Source of the DNA: Octopus sinensis
Taxonomy: Eukaryota
Assembly (NCBI RefSeq): GCF_006345805.1
Contig: NW_021832230.1
Coordinates: 215,003 to 279,002, forward strand
Length of the DNA: 64,000 bases
Direction: 5' to 3'
The position numbers and the translations under genes are program-made. Shown in pieces: positions 34,615 to 46,590 of this stretch (position 1 is the first letter of the stretch; each line of letters starts with the position of its first letter). Below the pieces are notes generated by a model. The model worked only from the letters and a program-made list of their open reading frames with translations, ran no database searches and was not told the origin of the DNA.

Positions 34615-35396
34615 ATGTCAAATGAACTAAATAGATCCACAATAAAGAGATCATTTTCAGCAGTTTCTAAATTATATGAGGAAATAATATGCCCGATATG
34701 TTTGGACGTCATGGATGACGTTTTAATAAGTAAGACTTGCCTTCACAGATACTGCAAAGTCGTTATTTTATAATCAAATATTTTACAGAACTGCATAACC
34801 ACATCTATTAATACTGGAACTAAGGCTTGTCCCATTTGCAGAACAAAAATCATTTCTCGCAGATCCCTTCGATCGGATCCTATCTTCGAAAATATTGTTG
34901 AATCGATGAAGGTTTTTTCACCAACCAAAGACGATGTAGTTGTATTAAACATTTTATATCAACTAGGAGTGTTACCCAGAAATGTTAATAATTAGATTGG
35001 CGCCTTATAAAAATGTGAATCTATTTCCCAATGGAATTCATGTCATGGTTGAAACTAGGGCCAGACGTTAGTCTAATTTTTCAAATTTTAGTGAAAAGAG
35101 TTTCAGATCTTCTTTCTTTATATGCAGATAAAACAAAGATTGCTTATGGTATGGATTTCATTAAAATTCATTATAAGGATATTAGATCGTTGGTTTTTTA
35201 TCGATGAAGAGGGAGAGATTATACTTGACTTGAATGTCAGATTTGCTGATCTTAAGGGTATGAGAAATGGGATAACTTTATTTTTTGATCTAGTCTAATT
35301 ATTTTGTATTCACAGATTTTTAAAACAATTCTCTTATTTTTGATAAACCTTTTCTATTTAGAATATACTAATAAGCCAGTTTTTGTCAAATTCTAA
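34615..35396 (+). CDS. RNF2: RING1/RNF2-like PRC1 E3 ubiquitin ligase (C3HC4 RING)
   Basis: EEIICPICLDVMDDVLISKTCLHRYCK / NCITTSINTGTKACPICRTKIISRRSLRSDPIFENIV matches the RING1/RNF2 RING domain; 3' end approximate. Confidence 0.8.
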
Positions 35397-35409
35397 TGAA
35401 ATTTCGCCA

Positions 35410-35690
35410 ATCTATTATGAACAACAATGTGGGAACCCCTCAAGGCGACTCTCTCACCTCTACTGTTTGTGATCTACCTCGAGGCTGCTTTGCGAGAGCT
35501 GAAAAGCTGATATGAGGGGCCACTCACCGAATTTTATTTACACTGATGGCGTCGACTTGGTGTCGACTGAGAAATCCGCGCCTTCAGACTATTGGAGATC
35601 GCACCGGAAAAACTCGGAGAATGGTTCTCAATTATGAACACTGACAAGACCGACGTTGCCGTTCAGATACCCAGGAAACATGGAGACTGT
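35410..35690 (+). mobile_element. RTE-like RT fragment
   Basis: NNVGTPQGDSL(S)PLLFVIYLEAALRELK...YTDGVDLVS...MNTDKT; same family as 33320-34400. Confidence 0.75.
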
Positions 35691-36336
35691 AGATAGTCAC
35701 TAATTTTTTGTTAGATTTTCCATTAATTGTATGTTCAACAATCAGTTTTTTGGTTGATAAAGATATAGTATTCCCTTTTTTGTCCATATATAGCTCTTAC
35801 TCTAACACAGAATTTCCCAAAAAACGTTAATTCTTGCTTATATGCGAGAATTGACACAAATGCTTGGTGCATTAACATTAATGTTTAATGCGTCAACACT
35901 GATGCTTGCGCTTTCGACGTTAAAGCTCGGAAAACCTTATAATATTGTATGAGTTAAATTTGCTTTTTATTTAAATAAAAAAGTAGATTAAAAACAGAAT
36001 CCATATAGGCAACTTAATAGTGATAGTCAATTTTTTTGAATTCGACGTGTTTCCTCATGGAAGTCTTTGATTAGTTGTAATAATTGGAAATTAAATTTTT
36101 CAAGTATGACTATGTTGCCAATTATGGTAAATTAAGAAAGAATCGTGTTTAGGAAGTACTGTTAACTGTGATTTATTTAATTTATTGTGATTGGAGAAGA
36201 TATGGATAGTCAAAATCTTTTTGCGGAAATTAATAATATCAACAAGACTGTTTAAAAATATTTTTGAAGACAATGCCATATTTAGAGATAAAATTTAAGC
36301 TAGTATTTAGAATAAAATTTCCGTTAATTAACAAAA

Positions 36337-38299
36337 ATGTTGCTTTACTTGATTATACTTTTTTCTTGGACAAAATCATCTTGCCTTCCACCAACGATGG
36401 ACATGTCTGATACAACTTTTGTACTCAATCATTTAAATTACACTATTCAATGTCCCATAAAAGCAACGCCAGTCGCAGAATATTTGTATATATGACCTGT
36501 GTGACATAACAGATGGTTTAAAGGAGGGGTTCCAATAAATTTTGAATATAATGGATCATACTACCGAGATGGTAGAAATTTAGTATTCGACAAGAACTAT
36601 GAAGAATCAGGTATCTTTAGTTGCAGTGTGGAAAACGAATGTGGTCGAGAAATTTCTCTTCCAATAAAAGTAGAAGCCCTTATTAAAGAAACAGGTATTT
36701 TTACCAATGAGTGACACTCTTAGTTTTTGATAATGGAGAACTTAAATATGCTATTCTTGACAGTGAGGGAATATATGGGGATTGCTCTTGGTTTAGATTT
36801 TGCGAAGCTGATGGCACAAATTTTCTTATTGCGTCAAAGGCAATAAAAGATAGACTGATCGTTGAGAACAACAAATTGCATATTAAACACTTTGTAAAAG
36901 AAGATTTGGAATGTGCATATATTTGCCAAGGCAAAAATGAAAACAAAAAATTTTATTTCAAGAATTTTGATAAAGGTATAATTACTTTTAATAAAATAAA
37001 GACGCTATTCTTCCTTTGAAACCTATTTTCCCTAGAGGACAACATATAAAAATAAAATATGGAGAATCGGAAAGAATTCAACCATGTGTGTTTTTGGGAG
37101 GGTTTGACATGGAATATTAATTTTAGGTGGCAAGACAAAATTTATTATTATGAAGAAGGAACAGTTGTAGGAATGAATAATATGTATGTAAACGCCGAAA
37201 CAAAACGACCAACACGGACAATATCCTGTATTCCATTCTATAATGAACAATTTCTCAATCTTTTAAAACATGATATTAACATTTCAATTTTTGGTAAAAT
37301 TTTTTAAAAACTTTTAGAACCACCATCCATCTCAAATACTTTGGTATCGATGAATGTTTCAAAAGGAGATGAAGTGACATTTAAATGCTTATCAGAATCA
37401 GGCTACCCACAAACAGTGGTAAAGTGGTATTTTGATTCTGTTGAATACAGTATTTTCTTTTAATAAATATATTTAGTTCCGGATTTGTTTGATGTTAAAT
37501 CGACGTTGTCTAAAGATAACTCGACCTTGAATATTACTAATGCACTTCGGTCTATGAGCATTCGATGTCTAATTTACAACGATTTTGCAAAAGCTGCGAA
37601 AACAGTCTATCTCAAGATTATAGAAAAACCTTCAATAATGATACCACATTCTAACCTTACTATAATGAATCCGTTAAATCTTCATGGAATTACATGTCAA
37701 GGATTTGTCGATCCAATTCGAGAAATGACAATAACTTGGTTATATGACGGAAAGTTGATACATCAGGACAAAAATCATTCCGACTACTTAATATTATTAG
37801 ATAAAAATATGAGCAGCTTCTTTTTTGTTTCAAACTTCGACAATTCATCAATTTTTAACAAACAAAAAAAACCTCTAACTTGCATTGTATCAGACGGATT
37901 TTCAGAAGTAAATCGTACAATTCTGGTTGCATTAGAATTTAGTAAGCATGTTTAATAAATTCAAATTTGATAGATTTTGTACAAAAACTTTCCCTCATGA
38001 ATATTTTATTGATTACTTTTGCAACACTTATTCTTATCTGCTTTTTATTCGGCGGAATTTTCCTTTATTATCGCAAAAATCACTCGGCGAATAAGGGTTT
38101 GATTGAGTTAATATATTTTTAGTTTCCACAATTTATTACACGTATGATGAAATGAATTTATATTTTCAGGGTTTCTAGAACTCGGAAACCGAATACAATG
38201 AATATCGAAGAACTAGAATACTTAACAAACCGTTTTCCACAGAAAAATAATTTTTCCTTACTAAAGAATGCAGAGACTTTTTACGAAACTTTAGTTTAA
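36337..38299 (+). CDS. Type I membrane immunoglobulin-superfamily protein (about 5 Ig-like domains, TM, short tail)
   Basis: Signal-peptide-like MLLYLIILFSWTKSSC; Ig motifs IQCPI..WFKGG..GIFSCSVEN, VTFKCLS..VKWYF..SIRC, ITCQG..ITWLYDG..LTCIV; TM ILLITFATLILICFLFGGIFLYY; predicted end FYETLV*. Confidence 0.8.
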
Positions 38300-39151
38300 A
38301 ATTAAATAAAATAATACTTTTTTCATTAATAATACAAATTAATAAATATATTCATTTCACATGATCGCAGATAGTCTTTTTAAAGCTTGTTTACTATCCC
38401 ACTATATGTTATTGTGATCATTGACGTAGATATTTTTGTTGTTGTGCATAAGTGCCAATTCATCATCAATCAAATCATACCTGTAGAGTTTTATCAATTT
38501 CGACATGGTTAAAATATCCCCGAGATGCATCTCTGCTGTAATAAGAGTTATATTATTTTTTTATTTATTAAAAATATGTCTGACTTGTTATATTGTATGT
38601 TTGTACCTGTATAGATTTCAGTATCAATTGATAATTGAATAAAGTGGATTCATAGTCTTTTCAGATTGATTAAAAATTTCAAACATAGGTGAACTTGTTG
38701 CATTTAAAAACTTAGTTATGACGTATAGATTAGTCACGGTTAATCATTCTCATACATCTTGTTGAGAGATGATCAATAGTTTTTTATACAAAATTAAATC
38801 GATTGCATTTATTTCAATAGTGTGTTAAAATAAAGTTTAATTTTGTATTGAAAATAGCTTCAGATCTTAAATTGTTGTTTTCTTCGCCGAACCATAACTA
38901 GAACTTTTAATATGGTAAAATTTTTGGAAACTTTGTTATTGTCAATTAAAATAAGATTTAGTTTAAAGATTTTCTAAAAATTTGTTCAATAAAAATTTTT
39001 AAAATTCAACATAAAATCACGAATACTTTGAACCAATTCCTGTAAAGATTCAATTAAAACTACTTTTTATAAATTCCTATTTTTAAATTTATTGAATAAA
39101 ATTAAAATTTGAATTATAATGACATGTATCACATGAATTTGTTGTTTAAAA

Positions 39152-40197
39152 CAGAGGTTTCCAAATGGGGAGGCGCGCCTCCCTAGGGAGGCGTTGACTC
39201 GTGTCAAGGGAGGCGCGAAAAGTATTTCAGAAACATTTTTTAGAAAATTATATCTATGTAAAAAACGTGACTATATTCCGATAATAAGAGTTATTAATTT
39301 AAAAATTATATTTTTTCAAAAATTTATTTAATTTATTAGACAATTAAATAATTTTAACACATGGATAAATTCTTGAGTGGTTGCAAAAGAAATTCACGAT
39401 AATAAAGATTTTGACGATGGTCAAAAAAATCAAAATGATTGGAATATAATCAATACCACTCCAAAGACAAGAAAATACTTTCCATCTACTTATTGTTAGG
39501 ATTCACACAAAATAAAAGCATTTATGAAAAAATTGGTATTATGGAAATCAAATATACAAAAAAATATCTATGACATGTTTCCACTTTTAAACACCTTTTG
39601 CGCCATAGTGACATTGAAGCAAACAAAGACATATTTGCTGAACATTGGATTGTTTGTTGAAGCATTTTGCTCACTATTTTAAAGATCTCGACTGTAAAAT
39701 GTTCGAATGGATACAGAATCCATTTATTGATGAAGAAGATAATCAATTTGCATTGACAACTTTTGAAAAAGAAAAATTGATAGAATTGTCATGCGATACA
39801 TTATTGAAACAAAAATTTGAGAGAGAACCGCTAATTTCTTTTTGGTTAAATGTAACAACGGAATATGAAATTTTGTCGAATAAAGCAATGAAAGTTTTGT
39901 TGCCATTTGCTACTTCATATTTATGCGAAACTGGATTTTCTGCACTAGCTGCAATTAAATCTAAATATCGAACTCGTTTAGTAGTGACTAATGAGCTAAG
40001 AGTAGCACTCTCTGCGATGACACCAAGATTGAAAAACTTTGCGCCAAGATGGAAAAAAAATTATCTCATTAACTTTTTGTTTTAAAAAATTGTTTTTGAT
40101 AAAATAATAATTGTATTATATTATGGAATATAAGGGAGGCGCAAGATTGTACTTTTTCTCTAAGGGAGGCGCGTAAAAAAAAGCTTGGAAACCTCTG
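39152..40197 (+). mobile_element. hAT transposon, Buster/Charlie type, non-autonomous deletion derivative (1046 bp)
   Basis: 13-bp TIR CAGAGGTTTCCAA; 8-bp TSD GTTTAAAA on both sides; ORF 39645-40085 is the hAT C-terminal dimerisation region (WIQNPF...FW...LLPFATSYLCETGFS...LRVALS). Confidence 0.95.
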
Positions 40198-40213
40198 GTT
40201 TAAAACAAAGAAA

Positions 40214-40768
40214 ATGGCGAAATTAATCAGACCATTATGCGAATATAACATACATGCAAACTATAAATTTGTCAATGTTTTAAAAAATGAAAATAAACTT
40301 GAAAATTTTAAAAGAATCTATCATTTACCACAATCAAAAAGTTTGCAATTTTGCATATTCTTAAAAAACTATTACATTGGATTTTACACAGTAATTGTTT
40401 TAATTTTATACAAATCAAAGAAATCAATGCCAAAAGTTATTTTACTTCTTACTGTATCTGCATTTATTATTTGCATTTTATCTATTTATCTACAAAAATT
40501 TATAAGCAAAATACAAATTGACAAAAAATTAAAGACAATTGTAATTTCTAGTTTTGATTTTTTTGGGAGATCCGTTGATTGCCATGTCGGGACAAATTGC
40601 TTTGGGCCAATTACAAAACTTTCTGATGCTTTATCAATGTTATGCGTGAAAGGCAATACTACTGAGTCAAAACCCAATTGGAATAATAAATATTTTATCA
40701 TTTCAAAAAAACATGGGATTATTGACGATCCTTCAAAATTTAGATTTGTCTTTGGTCAGTTAAATTGA
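40214..40768 (+). CDS. Hypothetical membrane protein (184-aa ORF)
   Basis: Long uninterrupted ORF in very AT-rich DNA with one or two hydrophobic segments; no family recognised. Confidence 0.35.
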   Translation: MAKLIRPLCEYNIHANYKFVNVLKNENKLENFKRIYHLPQSKSLQFCIFLKNYYIGFYTVIVLILYKSKKSMPKVILLLTVSAFIICILSIYLQKFISKIQIDKKLKTIVISSFDFFGRSVDCHVGTNCFGPITKLSDALSMLCVKGNTTESKPNWNNKYFIISKKHGIIDDPSKFRFVFGQLN

Positions 40769-40965
40769 TTATACTAAAATTGAATTTTAATATTTTTTCC
40801 ATATTTTGATCAATTTAGGAATAGTATAAACTTTCAATGAGACATATTTTTTATTAATGATCTTGGATTTTTTATTGAATTTTTTTCAAAACAGTTTTTT
40901 GGGATAACAAAACCGATTTTCCGATTAAAAAATAAAACAGAACTAACAGGTTTTGCACTACTAAA

Positions 40966-42240
40966 CTATTTAAGGTTTAAAGTGGGTCTTACCAAAAGCA
41001 AGGGGTATTTTAAAAAGTGGGACAAAAATAATGTTGGTTCAAAACTGTCTAGATCAATTGCAAATGTGACTAAGTAAAAACCTCTAGATCTGCATGTCTG
41101 CGCAAATAAAAAAGTTTGATGCTGGAATTAAAAGAAATCTTGTTATCTAAACTATGGGGGAGATGGTGAGTGAAGGGAACTTGCGAAATTTTTTGATGTT
41201 TCGAAAACTACTACTTATCGTTGATTAAAAAACAAGGAAAAACGTGTTTAGCAAAAGCAAAAATATTTCTTGATCAACATAAAAATTATTGTGTTAAACA
41301 GCTTGAAATTATCTCTAGGATTACTTTTTAGACCTTGAAAATTCCTTTAAATTCTAATCTTAGCTTAAATGTGTTAAAAAACCATTCGAGTCCATTTGGA
41401 CGGTTCCTGTTATTCTTTGAAAGATATCAAGTATGAACCAGAGAAAGGCAATAGTAAATTAAATAAAAAAATTATTATTTTATTATTGAAATATCAATCG
41501 GAGAAAATTTAGGTATTATTTATGAATGAAACAAATCTAAACATGCAAAAAAATCGTTCGAAAAAAACAAGGGATAATGTAGCTGCAACAAGTTCTCAAG
41601 GTGCCAATGTACATTTTATTTATGATGTCGGCTTTTTGGGATTGTTGAATTATGAATTGAAACGAGGATTCTTTAATAAAGAATCTGCCCACAAATGAGT
41701 GAGAATTTGTCTACGAAAAGCCAGGAAGCTTGCAATTTCCCAATTATGCTAATAGTAGACAATGCTCCATGCGATTCAGGAATTGAAGAAACTTTCAGAG
41801 ATAAGGAATTCATCGAAAATAAATTTTAAGATTGGGTCCCTATAGTCTTATGCTTAACCCAATTAAGAATATTCAGTTAGTATTCAAAGCTGATATAAAA
41901 AGACACATCGCAACAGACATAAAAAATATTTTGTATGGTGTGAGACAAGAACCTTTGTCAAGTATGGAGTTTCAACATCAAAAGTTAGAAGAAATTATTT
42001 TAACTCATTATGTATAAACACTATCTTTATGCAACACGGGAATTGCTAAAATTCAGGGGTTGGCCTCATCAGTGTTAAATAATGATGACACGGGTTACTA
42101 AATAATTTTATTTTTCCTCTTTACTTTTGGTAAGACTCATTTTGCTTTTGATAAGTACCACTTTGCGTTTGGTAAGATCCACTTTTCTTTTGGTTAGTAC
42201 CACTTTTGCTTTTGGTAAAACAAACTTTAACCCTAAATAG
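40966..42240 (+). mobile_element. IS630/Tc1-mariner element, near full length, degenerate DDE transposase
   Basis: Imperfect TIR CTATTTA(A/G)GGTT(T)AAAGT...TTACCAAAAGCA, TA after the right end. ELAKFFDVSKTTTYR, FMNETNLN, IVDNAPC, LGPYSLMLNPI. 21-bp repeats at ~42130-42225. Confidence 0.85.
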
Positions 42241-42519
42241 TATTAATGGCACCTTAATCAATTAGTTTAAATATTCGGAGTAGTAAATACTATTTTGTGA
42301 CATAAATTGTGCTAATAATAAAATATTGAAATGTGCCAGTAGTAGAGTAAGGTATATAAACTTTGAGAAAATGTCGAAAAAAACATATGGCAATTTTCAA
42401 AAAACAAGTTTTAATTATTTGATTTTTCTAATTTTTTATATGATTTTTTAATCAAGAAATTTTGTTGAAAAAGATTTTCTTTAATTACAAAATTTCATTT
42501 ACTAAGCTTTACAGAATTT

Positions 42520-43170
42520 ATTTAATTTATTTATTTTATTTAACCGCCAAGACCAAAAGTCATGTGATCCTGATGCACTCGACCAAGGACCTCATCTTCG
42601 CTCGGTGATCTTTCCACGAGCCCACACAAGATCGCACCGGGCGGCAGGCGGTTTTTGACGGAGCATTCGCAGACGGGCCGAGGTTCAGCTTGATGAGGTC
42701 TTCCAGAGAAGCTGGACCGGGGCGTTGGCTATCATGCGACCAACGATCGGTTAATCTGAGGGCCCTTTGTTGGGCCTCCTCAATTCGCCTCCTGTCGGAC
42801 CACGATAACCGCGGACCCCATATTCCACAGGTGTAGGCAATACAGGGTTCGAAGTACTGGCGGTAGATATTCGCCAGTACCGGGTGCGACCCGTTTTTCC
42901 ATATTCCGGATAGAGTTCGTAGGATGTTCAATTTTTTTTCGCATTTGCGAAGGAGGTTGTCTGCATGTGGGGAGAAACAGAGGTGCATGTCGAGGGTTAC
43001 CCCTAGGACCGTCTGACTCCTGTAGAATGGTACGGACATGTCATTCAGCTTTAAGTCGACTGAAGTTCTTTCCAATCTTTTGTCGGAAATAAAGAGGGAC
43101 GTGGCGGACTTCGCCGCGTTTACCACGAGCCGGTTGTCCGTCAGCCACTCTAATGAGTTGATGTTCACAG
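42520..43170 (-). mobile_element. I/Jockey-group non-LTR retrotransposon, 5'-truncated, (TAAA)n tail
   Basis: 202-aa ORF: WLTDNRLVVNAAKS...VLGVTLDMHLCFSPH...IYRQYFEPCIAYTCGIWG...IEEAQQRALR. GC-rich; ends in TAAATAAAATAAATAAA. Confidence 0.85.
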
Positions 43171-43280
43171 TTTTTAGATAAATTATTAAAAATTGTAATT
43201 TATAAGTAATGTTAATTTTTAGATAGTGTTAATAAATACATAATATTTTTTGTTTAGTTGTTTCCACGTGTGTTTTTGTT

Positions 43281-45322
43281 ATGTTGAGAAAAAATAAGAA
43301 AAAAAATGAATACAACGCTCAAATAACCAAGGAAATATCTAAATTAAAGTCCCAGTATTCACAGGTAATTTCTTATTCATGAATAGAGACATAGATTACC
43401 ACTGGAAATATACAACATTTTTCAAACATTCCTATATCTTCTAAAACCCTCAAAGGTCTTGAATCAGCAGGTTATACGACAGTGACGGAGATACAAAGGG
43501 AGGCTATAATTCCAGCTTTAAGAGGAAATGACATTTTGGCTGCTGCTAAAACTGGATCAGGAAAGACATTGGCCTTCCTCATACCTATTCTTGAGCACTT
43601 GTTTGTGAGAAAAGTGAGTCCTTATGATGGGACCATTGCATTGGTGATCACTCCTACTCGGGAATTGGCCCTCCAAATATACCGAGTTCTAGAGAAGATA
43701 AATTCGGAGCATATATTCTCTATCGGTCTTTTAATTGGCGGAAAAATTGTTTTTTGATTAATTTAATGCACAGAAAGATGAGTGCGCTCTTGGGCGGATC
43801 AACATTGTCATTGCCACTCCAGGAAGACTGTTACAACACATGAAGAAGAAACAGCTCATTTTGTCAGCGATTTTGTCAAATTATTGGGTATATGGAGAAA
43901 TGTTTATTAAAGTCTTGGATGAGGCTGACCGTATTCTTGATCTCGGCTTCAGTGCCTCTCTCAATGCCATTATAAATAATCTACCTATCAAAAGACAAAC
44001 ACTTTTATTTTCCGCCACACAAACAAAGTCGTTTTTATTTATTACCTTAACAGATCGGTCAAAGATTTGGCGAGGTTGAGTCTAAAGGATCCATTATATA
44101 TTTCTGTTCATGAATTTTCTCGTTATTCTACTCCAAACGAACTAAAACAAGTGAAATAACATTTTTGGAATTACAAAATAGAATTATTTGGTCTGCCCAA
44201 TCGGGGACAAAATAACACTTCTTTGGTCTTTTCTTCGAAAGCATCCAAAATCTAAAATACTTGTATTCTTTGCCACCTGCAAACAAGTATTGTTATTTGA
44301 AGGGTTTAATTTAGTAGGTTAAGTTTTTCCACGATCTCTTTCGTTCTCTTCGACTGGGGTCTCCACTTTTGTGTATTCATGGAATGATGAAACAGCCGCA
44401 GCGGATTAAAGTATTTAACGAATTTGACACAAAAAACTGCACTTTGTTTGCCACTGATTTAGCTGCACGTGGACTCGGTGAATGATTATATTTTAAAATT
44501 GTAGATTTTCCGGGTGTGGATTGGGTGTTTCAACTTGACTGTCCAGATTCCGTGGAATCTTATATTCATCGAGTTGGGAGAACTGCCAGGTATGGAAAGA
44601 TTGGACACTCTCTTTTGATTCTCACCCCATCAGAGGAGAAAAGTGGATTTGTAACCAGGCTATGTGACGAGCGAGTTCCATTGGAGGAGACAAAGTAGTA
44701 ACAATCCGAGCAATTTGGTAGAGTCAATGAAAATTTATTGGATCGTCAGTTCCCTGGAAAAGTCCAGTCATTTTGTGCTCAGAGCTCTGTTCTTAAGGAA
44801 ATGGCTAAAAAAGCAGTTGTTGCCTATATCAAGTCCGTTTTCTATGCAACGGATAAAGTACTTTTTGACGTTTCAAAAATAGAACTAGGCGATTTTTCTT
44901 TGTAATTTTATTATTTATCTTAAAGGTCAATGGGTCTTAACATTACTCCCAGACTTCGATTTCTTTCTAAAATTAACTTACAGAACAAACATGACGCTTC
45001 AATAGATAATTCTGAAAATTTGTTTACGATAAAAGAAACTATTGATCATTCTAATCCAGTTGAAGAGAATAAAGTGGTTGAATTTAAATCACAGGTATTG
45101 TTGGTAGTGTCAGTCGCATAGAAGAGGAAAACTGGTGACAAGTCTATCGACACGTATAATCTAAATGAGGCCAAACGGCGAATGGAAGATGCCGACGTCG
45201 AGGATCTAGTTCGCGTTGTCAACAAGAATAAATCTAAGAAAAAGTCTAAGAAGCGTACGCTCAATTATCTGGCACAGCAGCCACTCACTGAGATTGAATC
45301 GATTGCTTCAAAACTTTTATAG
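43281..45322 (+). CDS. DDX10: DEAD-box RNA helicase DDX10/Dbp4
   Basis: [71 protein letters not shown]. One apparent 1-nt deletion at ~43841. Confidence 0.95.
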
Positions 45323-45557
45323 CATTTGTTAAAGATATTTTTATTACTTTTTTGTTTGTTTTTGTAATCAATTTTGTAATCTATTTTGATTTTTCATTTT
45401 GTATCAAAAGGATTCTCGGAACTGTATTGTCACCATGTTTTGAAAGATTACATAAGATTTGAAAAACTAGAAAGGCACAAATAATTTTTAAAATTTTCTC
45501 ATTGAAATTTAAAAGTCAGCATTTTCAAAAGGTACATTATAAAAATTATAATAATAT

Positions 45558-46100
45558 TTATTTTAAAATTAAATTTACTATTAAACAAAATATATTAATA
45601 AATAACAATTTTGTAAATTTTTCATTCTTTTTTGACAATCTGATTACTTTTGAACATTTAATTTTTAAAATCAGTAATTTAATGTATTTTTCATAAAGAT
45701 TGTTATTGAAACCTTTTTGGATAATTAAAAAATAAATACTTGCAAAAAGATATATTTTTTGGCATTCAAAGTTTGGTAATTCTATAATCGGAGATTTAGA
45801 TAGAATATAAATTAGTGCTCGTGAATCTCTGGAGCAATTGGCTAAAAGAGAAACTATAGATCTGTTAAATTCTTTATTCAAGCATCTATTTTGGAGGCAA
45901 TTCCCAATCTTCATTATATATAAATTATAAAAAATACAAACATAAAATATAGAAGAAAAGTTATTTTTGCAAGTTATTTGTACTGCGTCTTCGTGCGTGA
46001 CTATTAACTCAGATCTTTAAAAAATATATATTCATTTACCTGTTGATCATTTTATCCCAGTCAATATTATGAATTTTTCTACATAAAATTAATTTGTATA
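45558..46100 (-). CDS. Unidentified protein-coding exons (copy 2)
   Basis: 118-aa ORF 45558-45914 plus upstream exons; paralogue of 5761-6290. Confidence 0.4.
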
Positions 46101-46590
46101 TTGAAATGAGAAGTAGAAACATTGAACTCAAGATAGACTTATCGTATTCTTAATTAATATATACGATTGTACGATACTTAAGTGTTTATTTTTAAAAAGT
46201 TATCCTTTAATGTTTAGTACATTGATTGTTTTCACTCATTTCATTAAAGCAGTTTAAAATACATTACTGTCAATCATTCAGTTGCATAAAATCATTTAGA
46301 CACTTAGATTCATCTTATTAGATTTAGCAGGTGATTAAAATCGAATTTTAAATAGACTCAAGTGGGTTGATTGTGTTTTTATCGATAAACTTAATAGAAT
46401 TATGGATTTACAGTTTATTTAAAATCTTAATAAGGTTCAAAATTTTTATGGAAAAATAATTCAACTTATTCTCCCGATTTGCAAAAATAAACTTAGCTTT
46501 CAAAAATATAAGAAATTAGTACATATTTTAAAACCTAATTAAAATCAACAAATTCTTATTTTATTAAACATTTTCAAAAATTATTAAATG

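Noticed and set aside
38330-38900. Possible minus-strand gene downstream of the Ig gene
   Set aside because: Short open segments with plausible micro-introns but no recognisable protein.
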